From an uncultured Syntrophales bacterium (GTDB taxonomy: Bacteria; Desulfobacterota; Syntrophia; Syntrophales; Smithellaceae), in contig CAYYBK010000002.1 in NCBI GenBank assembly GCA_964470015.1, positions 1-32,929 on the forward strand: 32,929 nt of DNA. Reading direction: 5' to 3'. Each line of letters opens with the position of its first letter. Within the stretch, counting starts at the first letter, position 1. A model generated the notes under the pieces. It saw nothing but the letters and a program-made list of their open reading frames with translations, searched no databases and was not told where the DNA came from. Both the position numbers and the translations under genes were made by a program. Shown in pieces: positions 16,346 through 25,251 of this stretch.

Positions 16346-17097
16346 TCAGGATAATTTTTCCAGAATCCAGGCGTTTGCCCTGGTTTTCATTTCGTCGGTA
16401 ACTTCATGTCTGACTGGATATTCAAAATAATCAAAGCTGTTGCTGGCTTTCATGTAGCTGACAAATTCTTTTAATTTTTCAATATTAAAATGCTGATCTT
16501 CCGTGCCTATTTGCAGGAGTATTTTTTTCTTCAGAAGAATTTCTTTCCTTTGCACGGGGCTGTTTTGCTCCGCAAAAGATTTAAGCTCTTTGTTAACGGC
16601 TTCATTATTTAAAAAGAATCTGGAAGACGGGATGTCATCCCAGTAAGGCGAGCTGAGAAAAAGGGCCGCATAATCGATGCGGTCATCGAGAGTCAATGCC
16701 TTAAAGGCAATGAAGCCCCCCAAAGAAACTCCGTAAAGACAGATTTTTGTAAAAGTGAAGTCGCGGGCAAGATGAGAAATGATCAGGGGAACGTCGTAGG
16801 ATGTTGTATTGACGATGCTGCGCACTTTGACGATATTGAAACGACCGTCTTCTTTACAGAAAACATCAAAAGGGACTTCATTTCTTCGCCGTGATTTCTA
16901 TTATCGAGGGAAATAGTAAAAAATCCATGCTGCGAAAAGAATTTCATATCCGCAATGAAAAATTCTTTTGTGTCCCGAAAAGCATGCAGAAATATCATCA
17001 GCGGACCGGCGGCAAAATTATTTTTCCGGCCGGAAATGACGGGAATGCCGTCAATGGAAAAAGTTTTGAAGATAAGATCATCAGGGGCCATTATCAA
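16346..17097 (-). pseudogene. Alpha/beta hydrolase (dienelactone hydrolase / S9-like esterase) disrupted by a frameshift
   Basis: Track ORFs 16783..17097 and 16346..16825 are the N- and C-terminal halves of one hydrolase. The N-terminal half reads ...PLMIFLHAFRDTKEFF...SLDNRNHGEE. The C-terminal half carries the nucleophile elbow GVSLGG. The two frames overlap open between 16786 and 16897. The second frame already reads sensibly from about 16890 (RRNEVPFDVFCKEDGRFNIVKV...), which points to a 1-nt indel near 16880-16890. A spot count of 16441-16500 gives 28% G+C. Confidence 0.7.
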
Positions 17098-17246
17098 ATT
17101 TCTTTAAAAACAATTTTTTGCAGTGTGGCGCTACAAAGCTGGTTATTGCCCTGCGCTGACGGCAATGCGCAATCGCCGCAGGACTTTCCTGCAGATAAAA
17201 AGCTGTCAATAGCCGTTCGGGCCGCCAGGGTTGCGCCGTGTTGCCG

Positions 17247-18632
17247 CTATTCTTTAATTCTTAAATTGTTCTGCAGGTAATTTTTAAAGTTGTCATAGCT
17301 GTTGGTCATGGCAACGGCGCCGCCTTTTCTCTCGTCTATGCCCTGCATGTTGGGCGGCAGTTCCGGGGTAAATCCCAGAAGCTTTTCGATCTCCTCGGGG
17401 AACTTGGCGGGATGCGCTGTTTCCAGCGATACGGCCAAATGACGGTCGGCGGAAATTTTGCGGTATGCTTCCAATCCCGCCCAGCCGACCGCCCCATGCT
17501 GTTCCAAAACCGTCCGGTAGCGGTCATAAACATTTTTAATTGTTTGTCTGGTTTCGTTATCCGTGACGCTTACCGAGAAAATGTGCCTTCTCATTTCTTC
17601 TATGTCGGGATAACGGTGGACAACGCCGGCACGATCCACGGTGCCGCCGTATAACTCAAAAAAGCGGGCCAGGTTGCTGGGATGGCCGACATTCATGGCA
17701 TTGGATATGCAAGCCCGCGACGGGGTGACTTTCCGGTAAGTCCCCGTTTTCAGATAACCGGGGAATTCATCATTTTCATTAGTCGGCATGACGAGTTTGA
17801 CCACGGGTAAGCCCATGCGTCGCGCGTATTCGCAGCCCAGAGCATTGCCGAAATTCCCCGAAGGCACGGAAAATACTATCTGCTCATCGGGCAAGGCAAG
17901 TTGTGCATAGGCGTAGATGTAATAAACCATCTGCGGCAGAATCCGGCCGAAGTTGATGGAATTGGCTGAAGTAAGGTTAAATTTTGCCAGGCCGTTATCG
18001 GAGAATGCCTGTTTGACCAGATTCTGACAATCGTCAAATTTGCCATGCACGGAAAGCGCCTGGACATTATCGCCGATTGTATCAAGCTGCTTTTTTTGCC
18101 GCAGACTCACTTCTTCAGCCGGGTAAAGAATGGTGACATCGATGCCCGCCACGCCTTTAAAGGCTTCACCGACGGCGCTGCCGGTATCGCCGGACGTGGC
18201 CACGAGAATATTGAGTTTTTCCCCCGGCGGACGGCAGTGGCTCATCAGCCGTGCCATCATGCGCGCGGCAAAATCTTTAAAAGACGCCGTCGGTCCCTGA
18301 TCCAGGCGCATGACGTATGTTCTTTCGTATACTTCTTCCAGCGGCACCGGATAATTATAGGCGTCCTTGACAACGGCCGTTAAAACTTCCGGTGAAAACT
18401 CGTCCCCGAGGAATGTTTTGGCTACAAGTAATGCCGTTTCCCAGTAAGGCTTGTTTTTCAGATTTAGAATGTCTTGCGAAGAAAGTTGCGGGATGCAGTC
18501 GGGTACAAATAGGCCTTCGTCCGGCGCCTGTCCGGCGATCAGCGCCTCTTTAAATGAAACAGTGCCGGTGAAAGGGTTAATTCCCGCAGCATTTTTTAAA
18601 TTACGATTAGTGCTGTAATAACGGATAGTCAT
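17247..18632 (-). CDS. thrC: Threonine synthase (long form)
   Basis: 461 aa. PLP-lysine motif GPTASFKDFAARMM and the SGDTGSA loop. The overall layout is that of long ThrC. Confidence 0.94.
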   Translation of the reverse strand: MTIRYYSTNRNLKNAAGINPFTGTVSFKEALIAGQAPDEGLFVPDCIPQLSSQDILNLKNKPYWETALLVAKTFLGDEFSPEVLTAVVKDAYNYPVPLEEVYERTYVMRLDQGPTASFKDFAARMMARLMSHCRPPGEKLNILVATSGDTGSAVGEAFKGVAGIDVTILYPAEEVSLRQKKQLDTIGDNVQALSVHGKFDDCQNLVKQAFSDNGLAKFNLTSANSINFGRILPQMVYYIYAYAQLALPDEQIVFSVPSGNFGNALGCEYARRMGLPVVKLVMPTNENDEFPGYLKTGTYRKVTPSRACISNAMNVGHPSNLARFFELYGGTVDRAGVVHRYPDIEEMRRHIFSVSVTDNETRQTIKNVYDRYRTVLEQHGAVGWAGLEAYRKISADRHLAVSLETAHPAKFPEEIEKLLGFTPELPPNMQGIDERKGGAVAMTNSYDNFKNYLQNNLRIKE

Positions 18633-18823
18633 TTATGGGCCTCTTTTTTTATTCCTTGTTTTCTTTTAAACTTATTATGGTGAAGAAATCAATCAAAAAT
18701 AGAAGATATACGCCGGGGGAAGCGGGAAGAAAATCCGCAATTCCCATTGGAAAATATAGTCGTCTGTGCTAAAAATAAAACAATCCGGTGGCAAATTAAT
18801 CCGGACAATTATTCGGAGAAACA

Positions 18824-19876
18824 ATGGAAGAGAAAAAAACTATCAGGTTGACGGAAACAGTTCACGGCGCCGGTTGAGCCTGTAAGATAGGTCCGGGTGA
18901 CCTGCAGGAGGCATTGCGTAATTTACCGCTGCTTACCGACCCGAATTTGATTACGGGCATCGAGCATGCGGAAGACGCCGGAGTTTATAAAATCAGCCCG
19001 GAAATGGCTCTGGTCCAGACGGTTGATTTTTTTACGCCGACGGTTGACGACCCCTATACCTTCGGCCGGATCGCGGCCGTTAATGCGCTCAACGATATTT
19101 ATGCGATGGGCGGTAAACCTTTGACGGCAATGAATATCGTTTGCTTCCCGGTCAAGCAAATGGACATCGGCATATTGCGGGAGATCCTGAGCGGCGGCCT
19201 GGATAAAATACGCGAGGCGGGAGCATTGCTGATCGGTGGTCACAGCGTCGAAGACAATGAAATCAAATACGGTCTTGCGGTAACCGGCTTGATCCATCCG
19301 GCAAGGGTTTTATTCAACCACGGCGCCGTTGCCGGCGATCGCCTTGTCTTAACCAAACCGCTGGGCACCGGCATTGTGAGCACCGCGCTGAAAGGCGATG
19401 CGGTTGATTCTTTGCTTCTGCAAAATGCAGTTGACGCCATGACCAGTCTTAACAAGAAGGCGGCGGAATTGCTTGTGGAAAACGGAAATATTCATGCCTG
19501 TACCGATATTACCGGCTTTGGTTTTTTAGGTCACGCCTGCGAAATGATCGAAGGAGAGCCTGTCGGTTTGCGTATTGACTCGGCGGCGGTTCCCGTTTTT
19601 AACGGACTCAAGACGCTGGTCGAAGAAGGATTTGTACCCGGCGGTCTTTATCGTAATAAAAGTTTCCGGATTGCGCAGATTGAAGCCGCCGCTACCTGTC
19701 CGGCCTGGCTGCTGGATGTCTTCTTTGATCCGCAAACGGCGGGCGGTCTCTTTTGCAGCCTGCCCGCGGCACAGGCGGCAAACCTGGTGGAAAAAATGCA
19801 TCGGGCCGGAATCGGAGCGGCGGCCGTTGTCGGCGAAGTTGTTGCGGATCACCCCGGCAGGATTTTTGTTTTCTGA
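18824..19876 (+). CDS. selD: Selenide, water dikinase (selenophosphate synthetase), selenoprotein form with in-frame UGA at 18875-18877
   Basis: The track ORF starts at 18914. Translating the same frame from ATG 18824 (GGAGA 5 nt upstream) gives MEEKKTIRLTETVHGAG-U-ACKIGPGDLQEALRNLPLL... This is the conserved SelD N-terminal GxG(C/U)xCK active-site loop with TGA at the Cys/Sec position. The rest is SelD (DAGVYK, TVDFFTP, AIR-synthase-like fold). Confidence 0.92.
18879..18908 (+). promoter_or_regulatory. Candidate bacterial SECIS hairpin directly downstream of the selD UGA
   Basis: Lower stem 18879-18882 (CCUG) pairs with 18905-18908 (CAGG). There is a 5-nt 5' bulge. Upper stem 18888-18893 (UAGGUC) pairs with 18899-18904 (GACCUG). 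The apical loop CGGGU (18894-18898) contains GGU and lies about 20 nt after the UGA. Confidence 0.6.
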
Positions 19877-19903
19877 ATGAATAAGCGGGCAGTTTTTTGA
19901 TTC

Positions 19904-20965
19904 ATGAGAAAAGAATCGATTCTCATCAAAAGGGAAACGGAATCAATTCTGGCAAGGCTGATGAATATCGTTCTGCCGGATGACTCTCTCCTTTTGCTGA
20001 TGCACGGTAGCCCCGACCCCGACGCCATTGCCTCGGCGATGGCCCTCCGCGAACTGCTGCAGCGAACGCGCGGTTTGGCCAGAAGCATCATCGCATCCAC
20101 GGAACCGTTGAACAGGCAGCAGAACTATGATTTTATCTTTTCCATGCGGATTAATATTCATCTGATTAATAAGGTGGACTTATCTGCCTACCGTTTGATG
20201 GCCATTCTTGATGCGCAACCTTCTTTTCTTAGCGGCATGCTCAGTTTCCTGTACCCGCATATTGTTTTTGATCATCACCCGCGCACGGGTGATTGGTCGG
20301 CTCCGGTGGAGGATGTCCGTGCCGGCTACGGAGCATTGTCCAGCATAATGACGGAATACCTGCTCTGTGCGGGCGTGAAGATTCCCCGCAATTTGCATAC
20401 GGCCCTCCTTTACGGGATCAAGACGGATACAGGTAATTTCGACCGCGACACCATTGCCGAAGACATCAGCGCTTATACTTACCATCTGAAATACGCCAAT
20501 ATGCAGTTGATCCGCCGTATCGAGCTCAATCAAACACCCGTCCGCTATCTGAAATATTTCGACCATGCTTATCATCACATGCATAATGTTCGCGACCGGC
20601 GTATTTGCTTTTTAGGAAGAATAGAAAGCCCGGACGTGTGTGTCCAGGTTGCCGATTTTTATCTGCGCCTGATCGGGACTTATTATGTCGTGGTGTCCGG
20701 TATCGTGGAAGACCGCCTTATTATTACTTTTCGCGGCGACGGCTACCGGCAGGATTGCGGAGCGCTGGCCCAAAGAGCTTTTGGATTATACGGTGCCGGC
20801 GGCGGGCATAAAAGCGCCGCCCGCATGGAAATTCCATTGGCTGTTTTAAACGAGCATCTGCAGGGGAATCTGGAGCAGCAGAGCGTCGACCGTTTTCTGA
20901 TCGAAAATCTGAAAAACGCCCAAAAACTAAAACCGGAAACGTCCGCCGCCGGGAAGGAGAATTGA
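19904..20965 (+). CDS. DHH/DHHA1 family phosphoesterase (NrnA-like)
   Basis: 353 aa. Motif I LLLMHGSPDPDAIASAMAL, the DHH motif IVFDHHPR, GIKTDTGNF, and the DHHA1 GGGH motif (GAGGGHKSAA). It starts 27 nt after the selD stop. Confidence 0.85.
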   Translation: MRKESILIKRETESILARLMNIVLPDDSLLLLMHGSPDPDAIASAMALRELLQRTRGLARSIIASTEPLNRQQNYDFIFSMRINIHLINKVDLSAYRLMAILDAQPSFLSGMLSFLYPHIVFDHHPRTGDWSAPVEDVRAGYGALSSIMTEYLLCAGVKIPRNLHTALLYGIKTDTGNFDRDTIAEDISAYTYHLKYANMQLIRRIELNQTPVRYLKYFDHAYHHMHNVRDRRICFLGRIESPDVCVQVADFYLRLIGTYYVVVSGIVEDRLIITFRGDGYRQDCGALAQRAFGLYGAGGGHKSAARMEIPLAVLNEHLQGNLEQQSVDRFLIENLKNAQKLKPETSAAGKEN

Positions 20966-21996
20966 TGAAAGAACTGGGGTTCAAAAAAGAAATTACCGTC
21001 GGACGTTACCTCGATCCTTTCCATGATTTTCAGGAGAAACAGGTTTCTTTTGAAGTGCGCTACGACGAAACAACCGGTGTTTCCAGCCGTATTTTGCCCT
21101 ATCGGCTGCGCCTGGCGCAAAAACCGGAAATAGCCTCGCTGCTGGAAAAATCGCCGGAATCTTTGTGCCCCTTTTGTCCTCATCTCTTTGAAAAACTGAC
21201 GCCGAAATTTACTCCGGATATTATTTCCACCGGAAAATTTCAACGGGGCGATGCCTGCCTTTTTCCCAATGCTTTTCCTTATGACCAGTATAATACAGTA
21301 GCAATTTTCTCATTGCGGCACTTTGTTCCGTTGAATGAGCTGACCCCGGCTTTTCTGCAAAACGGTTTTAAAGTCTGCGGTGATTATTTCCACCGCATGG
21401 CGGAAATGAAACTCGGCTATAAATACTGTTCCATCAATTGGAATTATATGCCGCCGGCCGGCGGGGGGATGATTCATCCGCATCTGCAGACAATATTGGG
21501 TGCAAAGCCCACAAACTATATGCGGCGTCTTCTGGGCAGTGCCAAACAATACGCGGAAGCCTCGGGAGGCAATTTATGGCGTAATTTAATCGTACTGGAA
21601 AAAGAAGCACAGGAGAGATTTATTGCCTCCACGGGATCGATAAGCTGGCTGGTCAGCTTCGCCCCCAAGGGCATGGCGGGGGAGATTGATTTTATTTTTC
21701 AGGAAAAAACATCTTTTTTTGAGTTGACGGAAGCAAATTTTGAAGAACTTCTGCAAGGATTAGCAAGAATATTCAGTTATTTATATGTAAATAATTTTAT
21801 GAGTTTCAACATGTCGTTTTATGCTCCGATGATCAATGACGACAATTTATGGGTGCAGGGCAAAATAGTACCGCGGTTTGTCGTAAACCCTTTGGGCACG
21901 AGTGACATCAACTATTTTGAAAAATTGCACAATGAAAGCATCTGTCCGGTCGTCCCGGAAGAACTGTGCCGCGAACTGCAGCCTTATTTTCAATGA
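20965..21996 (+). CDS. GalT-like HIT-superfamily nucleotidyltransferase (galactose-1-phosphate uridylyltransferase family), specificity unknown
   Basis: Zn-site-like CPFCP, and the active-site HxHxQ motif as GGMIHPHLQT. The size of about 343 aa fits two-half-barrel GalT-type enzymes. ATG 20965 overlaps the DHH gene stop as TGATG, with GGAAGGAGA upstream. The track start 20962 is a TTG one codon earlier. Confidence 0.72.
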   Translation: MKELGFKKEITVGRYLDPFHDFQEKQVSFEVRYDETTGVSSRILPYRLRLAQKPEIASLLEKSPESLCPFCPHLFEKLTPKFTPDIISTGKFQRGDACLFPNAFPYDQYNTVAIFSLRHFVPLNELTPAFLQNGFKVCGDYFHRMAEMKLGYKYCSINWNYMPPAGGGMIHPHLQTILGAKPTNYMRRLLGSAKQYAEASGGNLWRNLIVLEKEAQERFIASTGSISWLVSFAPKGMAGEIDFIFQEKTSFFELTEANFEELLQGLARIFSYLYVNNFMSFNMSFYAPMINDDNLWVQGKIVPRFVVNPLGTSDINYFEKLHNESICPVVPEELCRELQPYFQ

Positions 21997-22046
21997 TTTA
22001 TTTGCCGAAAAAGCTTTACCCGCAAATAATTCCGTCCAAAAATAAT

Positions 22047-22073
22047 AAAGGCAGCGCTTGGGGCGCTGCCTTT
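22047..22073. terminator. Bidirectional intrinsic terminator between the convergent GalT-like and FmdB-like genes
   Basis: AAA-GGCAGCGC-TTGGG-GCGCTGCC-TTT: a perfect 8 bp GC-rich stem (22050-22057 / 22063-22070) with a 5 nt loop. T runs follow it on both strands. Confidence 0.75.
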
Positions 22074-22100
22074 CTGCCGAATGGTTCTGATGAACCGCTA

Positions 22101-22391
22101 CTAATCTTTTTTGCTGTCGGTTGCCGCTGGGGCGGCCGTTGCCGTATCGCCGGTATCCGCCGGTTTATCAGTTGCCGCTTCTTTTGCCGGTGCGGAAGTG
22201 GACGGGATTTTCTTTCCACCGTAATCTGTTGCGTACCATCCCGAGCCTTGCAGGCTGAACGAAGACAAGGAAATAAGCTTGCTTACTTTTCCCTTGCAGA
22301 ATTTGCAGCTTTTTAATTCCGGGTCGGTGATTCCCTGAAACGCTTCAAATTGTCTGCCGCATTTCCGGCATTTATATTCATAAATAGGCAT
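22101..22391 (-). CDS. FmdB-family zinc-ribbon protein
   Basis: 96 aa. Signature N-terminus MPIYEYKCRKCGRQFE...CKFCKG (two CxxC pairs), followed by a low-complexity Ala/Thr/Asp tail. Confidence 0.85.
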   Translation of the reverse strand: MPIYEYKCRKCGRQFEAFQGITDPELKSCKFCKGKVSKLISLSSFSLQGSGWYATDYGGKKIPSTSAPAKEAATDKPADTGDTATAAPAATDSKKD

Positions 22392-22415
22392 GATAAAAAA
22401 CCTCCTCCCTTAATA

Positions 22416-22949
22416 CTAATTCCAATCGCAGATTTTAAAACTGTTGCTGAAACAGTCTAATACTATGGACAAATCATGGTGCTTGACCGGTTGCAGGGCG
22501 CTTTTGGTTAAATTATGGACAATAATTTCTTCCTGATCCTTTTTTTCCGGAGATGCCCCGAAATCAATCGCGCCGTTGCTGAACCGCAAAACATGAATCA
22601 ATTCATGAGCGGCGATATACAGCATCAACGGGCTAAACTTGATGAAGGGATTGGCTCTTTCCACCGCATCAAGGATGGTATTATCCTGCAGGCAGATGCT
22701 GTAAAAATCAAATTCATCTTTCTTGCTTGCCGCCGGACTGTCCTGCTTTGCGTAAGCATATTTGCATAAATGAGCAAAAGCGCCTTCTTTTATTTCATCC
22801 GGCTCCAAATAAGCAAGCGTTTTTACATCATACCTGTTTTTTTTCAACTGTTCCTCGCTTATCCGGAAATGGCGGGAAACCAGTTTTTCGGCATCGGTAA
22901 ATGCTTTTTGGGCCAGCGGCAGCTGCTCTTTATTGAAATAGCGAACCAT
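22416..22949 (-). CDS. Hypothetical protein with an HExxH motif (putative small zinc metallopeptidase-like)
   Basis: 177 aa, with normal-looking composition. The single motif is AAHELIHVLRF. Its stop lies 24 nt upstream of the FmdB-like start, so the two are probably co-transcribed. I cannot name a family. Confidence 0.6.
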   Translation of the reverse strand: MVRYFNKEQLPLAQKAFTDAEKLVSRHFRISEEQLKKNRYDVKTLAYLEPDEIKEGAFAHLCKYAYAKQDSPAASKKDEFDFYSICLQDNTILDAVERANPFIKFSPLMLYIAAHELIHVLRFSNGAIDFGASPEKKDQEEIIVHNLTKSALQPVKHHDLSIVLDCFSNSFKICDWN

Positions 22950-23056
22950 GAAAGCACCTTACGGGTAAAATCAGGACGTATTATATGCATCGGATCGGGA
23001 GCTGTCAACAATGTGTCTAAAATGACAGAGTAATTGGCTGGTTTTTGCAAAAATAT

Positions 23057-23086
23057 TTGACATTTTCAGTGGTTGCGGCGTATAGC
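23057..23086 (+). promoter_or_regulatory. Sigma70-like promoter for ddl
   Basis: TTGACA (23057-23062), an 18 nt spacer, then TATAGC (23081-23086), about 48 nt upstream of the ddl ATG. Confidence 0.4.
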
Positions 23087-23134
23087 TATAAAAAAATTTG
23101 GCAGTATTATCAATATTATTAATGAGGGTAAATC

Positions 23135-24265
23135 ATGCAGGGGCAGTCAGCAAAAGTAAAAATCGGCGTGTTATACGGTGGACGATCAGGCGAACACGAT
23201 GTTTCGCTTTGTTCGGCGGCATCGGTAATTGCCGCTCTGGACGGCAATAAATACGATGTAATCGCGATCGGCATCGATCGAGACGGCAAATGGTATGTGC
23301 AGGAAAAGCCGGAAATAATTCCGCATTATGATTTCGGCAAAGTTCTCGCCTTGAACAAAAGAGGGAAATGGCTGGTCAATCATTTTGAGCAGAACAATAA
23401 ATTGTACCTCTACGATATGGAGAACAAAGGGGATCCGGTAATAGTCGATATAGTTTTCCCCGTTCTGCATGGCACATTCGGCGAAGACGGTACTTTGCAG
23501 GGACTTCTGGAACTGGCGATGGTGCCGTATGTAGGAGCCGATATCATCGGGTCCGCCGTGGGCATCGATAAGGATGTTGCCAAAAGGCTGCTGCGCGAGG
23601 CAGGCATTCCGGTGGTGCCTTCTTTAACGGTAAATAAACAACAGTGGCAGGAGAATCGGGCCGCTATCATGGAGGAGGCCGTAGCTAAGCTCGGAATGCC
23701 GCTTTTTGTCAAACCGGTGTGCACCGGTTCTTCGGTCGGAGTAAAAAAAGTAAAGGAAAAAAGACATTTCCCGGAAGCGGTGGATTTTGCGCTGCAGTTT
23801 GACCTGCGGGCAATAATCGAAAAGGCCGTTGATTGCCGGGAAATCGAGTGCGCGGTACTGGGCAGCGAAGCCCCCGCCGCCTCTATACTGGGGGAGATTA
23901 TTCCCCGGCATGAATTTTATTCTTATGAAGCCAAATATATTGACCCCAACGGTGCCGTACCGGAAATACCGGCCCGCATCGCCGCGCCGCTGGCTGATTT
24001 GATCCGGCAAACCGCAATCAAAGGTTATCTTGCCCTGGGCTGCAGTTCCATGGCCCGTGTGGATTTTTTTCTGGATAAGAAAACAGATGAATTTTATCTC
24101 AACGAGATCAATACACTGCCCGGCTTTACGAGCATCAGCATGTATCCCAAACTCTGGGAGGCAAGCGGTCTGTCGTACGGTAACCTGATCGATAAACTGA
24201 TCCAATTGGCGCTGGACAGACACCGGCAAAAACGGGCGATTAAAACGGAGTATGCGCCGTCATAA
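23135..24265 (+). CDS. ddl: D-alanine--D-alanine ligase
   Basis: 376 aa. KIGVLYGGRSGEHDVSLCSA, HGTFGEDGTLQGLLE and LNEINTLPGFTSISMYPKLW. ATP-grasp Ddl of the DdlA-length type. Confidence 0.95.
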   Translation: MQGQSAKVKIGVLYGGRSGEHDVSLCSAASVIAALDGNKYDVIAIGIDRDGKWYVQEKPEIIPHYDFGKVLALNKRGKWLVNHFEQNNKLYLYDMENKGDPVIVDIVFPVLHGTFGEDGTLQGLLELAMVPYVGADIIGSAVGIDKDVAKRLLREAGIPVVPSLTVNKQQWQENRAAIMEEAVAKLGMPLFVKPVCTGSSVGVKKVKEKRHFPEAVDFALQFDLRAIIEKAVDCREIECAVLGSEAPAASILGEIIPRHEFYSYEAKYIDPNGAVPEIPARIAAPLADLIRQTAIKGYLALGCSSMARVDFFLDKKTDEFYLNEINTLPGFTSISMYPKLWEASGLSYGNLIDKLIQLALDRHRQKRAIKTEYAPS

Positions 24266-24316
24266 AGTTATCGCGTTGGGACTTTACTGCTCCGCGTTCT
24301 TCCCGGCAAGATTGAA

Positions 24317-24345
24317 TTGACAGGTAAAATTGATTTTCCTATACT
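24317..24345 (+). promoter_or_regulatory. Strong sigma70-like promoter for the mla operon
   Basis: Consensus TTGACA (24317-24322), a 17 nt spacer, then TATACT (24340-24345), about 60 nt upstream of the mlaE ATG. Confidence 0.55.
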
Positions 24346-24407
24346 TTCTTGCACCAAAAGGAGATTCCTGTTGTATTGTGATCACAGACAAAAAGGTAGA
24401 GAATCGG

Positions 24408-25244
24408 ATGGCGCTAACGTTAAAGACTCAGAATAATTCCAAATGGCAACCCGGCCGGTTTTTGGCGTCACCGTTTTCGTGGATCGGCAGGAAAGTGATT
24501 GCCGGGGTCAATAATTTAGGGGCCGCGGCTATTTTTCTCTGTCTGGCGCTCTGGCAGACTTTCCGGCGAAAGCAATTTATCAAAATAGTGCGCCAGGTTT
24601 ATTATATCGGAGCACGTTCCATTACCATCATCATGCTGGTGAGTCTTTTTACCGGGATGGTTCTGGGCCTGCAAGCCCATCACGCCCTGGTGCAGTTCGG
24701 TGCGGAAGGTGCGGTTGGCTCCCTGGTGGCGCTCTCGTTGATCATGGAATTGGGGCCGGTGCTCACCGCTATCATGATTACGGCCCGTGCCGGTTCGGCC
24801 ATTGCTGCCGAAATCGGGATTCTGCGGATCAGCGAGCAAATTGACGCATTGCATACCATGCGGATTAATCCGATAAGGTATCTGGTCAGTCCCCGGATTG
24901 CCGCCGCGGTTATCAGTTTCCCTCTTCTTACCGCGGTATTTGATCTGATTGGCATTCTCGGCGGCTATATCTCGGGTGTAATGCTGCTGGGTCTAAATGC
25001 CGGAGTTTATTGGCACAGCACGCAGGTTTACGTGGTCATGAGCGACATCACCAACGGTTTTATAAAGGCTGTTGTTTTTGCTGTAATTGTTGCCACCGTA
25101 TGCTGCTATCAGGGCTATTTTGCCCACACGCGCAGGGACAGCCACGGTGCGCAGGCAGTGGGATTATCCACCACTTCGGCGGTCGTTATTTCCTGCGTGC
25201 TGATTCTGGTTTCTGATTACGTCGTGACTTCACTGTTGATATAG
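24408..25244 (+). CDS. mlaE: Phospholipid ABC transporter permease MlaE
   Basis: Polytopic MlaE/Ttg2B-type permease with the conserved ELGPVLTAIMITARAGSAIAAEIGILRISEQIDAL motif. ATG 24408 (MALTLKTQ...) is preferred over the non-ATG track start at 24330. Confidence 0.9.
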   Translation: MALTLKTQNNSKWQPGRFLASPFSWIGRKVIAGVNNLGAAAIFLCLALWQTFRRKQFIKIVRQVYYIGARSITIIMLVSLFTGMVLGLQAHHALVQFGAEGAVGSLVALSLIMELGPVLTAIMITARAGSAIAAEIGILRISEQIDALHTMRINPIRYLVSPRIAAAVISFPLLTAVFDLIGILGGYISGVMLLGLNAGVYWHSTQVYVVMSDITNGFIKAVVFAVIVATVCCYQGYFAHTRRDSHGAQAVGLSTTSAVVISCVLILVSDYVVTSLLI

Positions 25245-25251
25245 AGAGCTG

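Noticed and set aside
23624-24229. 201-aa minus-strand ORF opposite ddl, and the similar 219-aa ORF at 27811..28470 opposite mlaA
   Set aside because: Both are antisense shadows of confidently identified genes.
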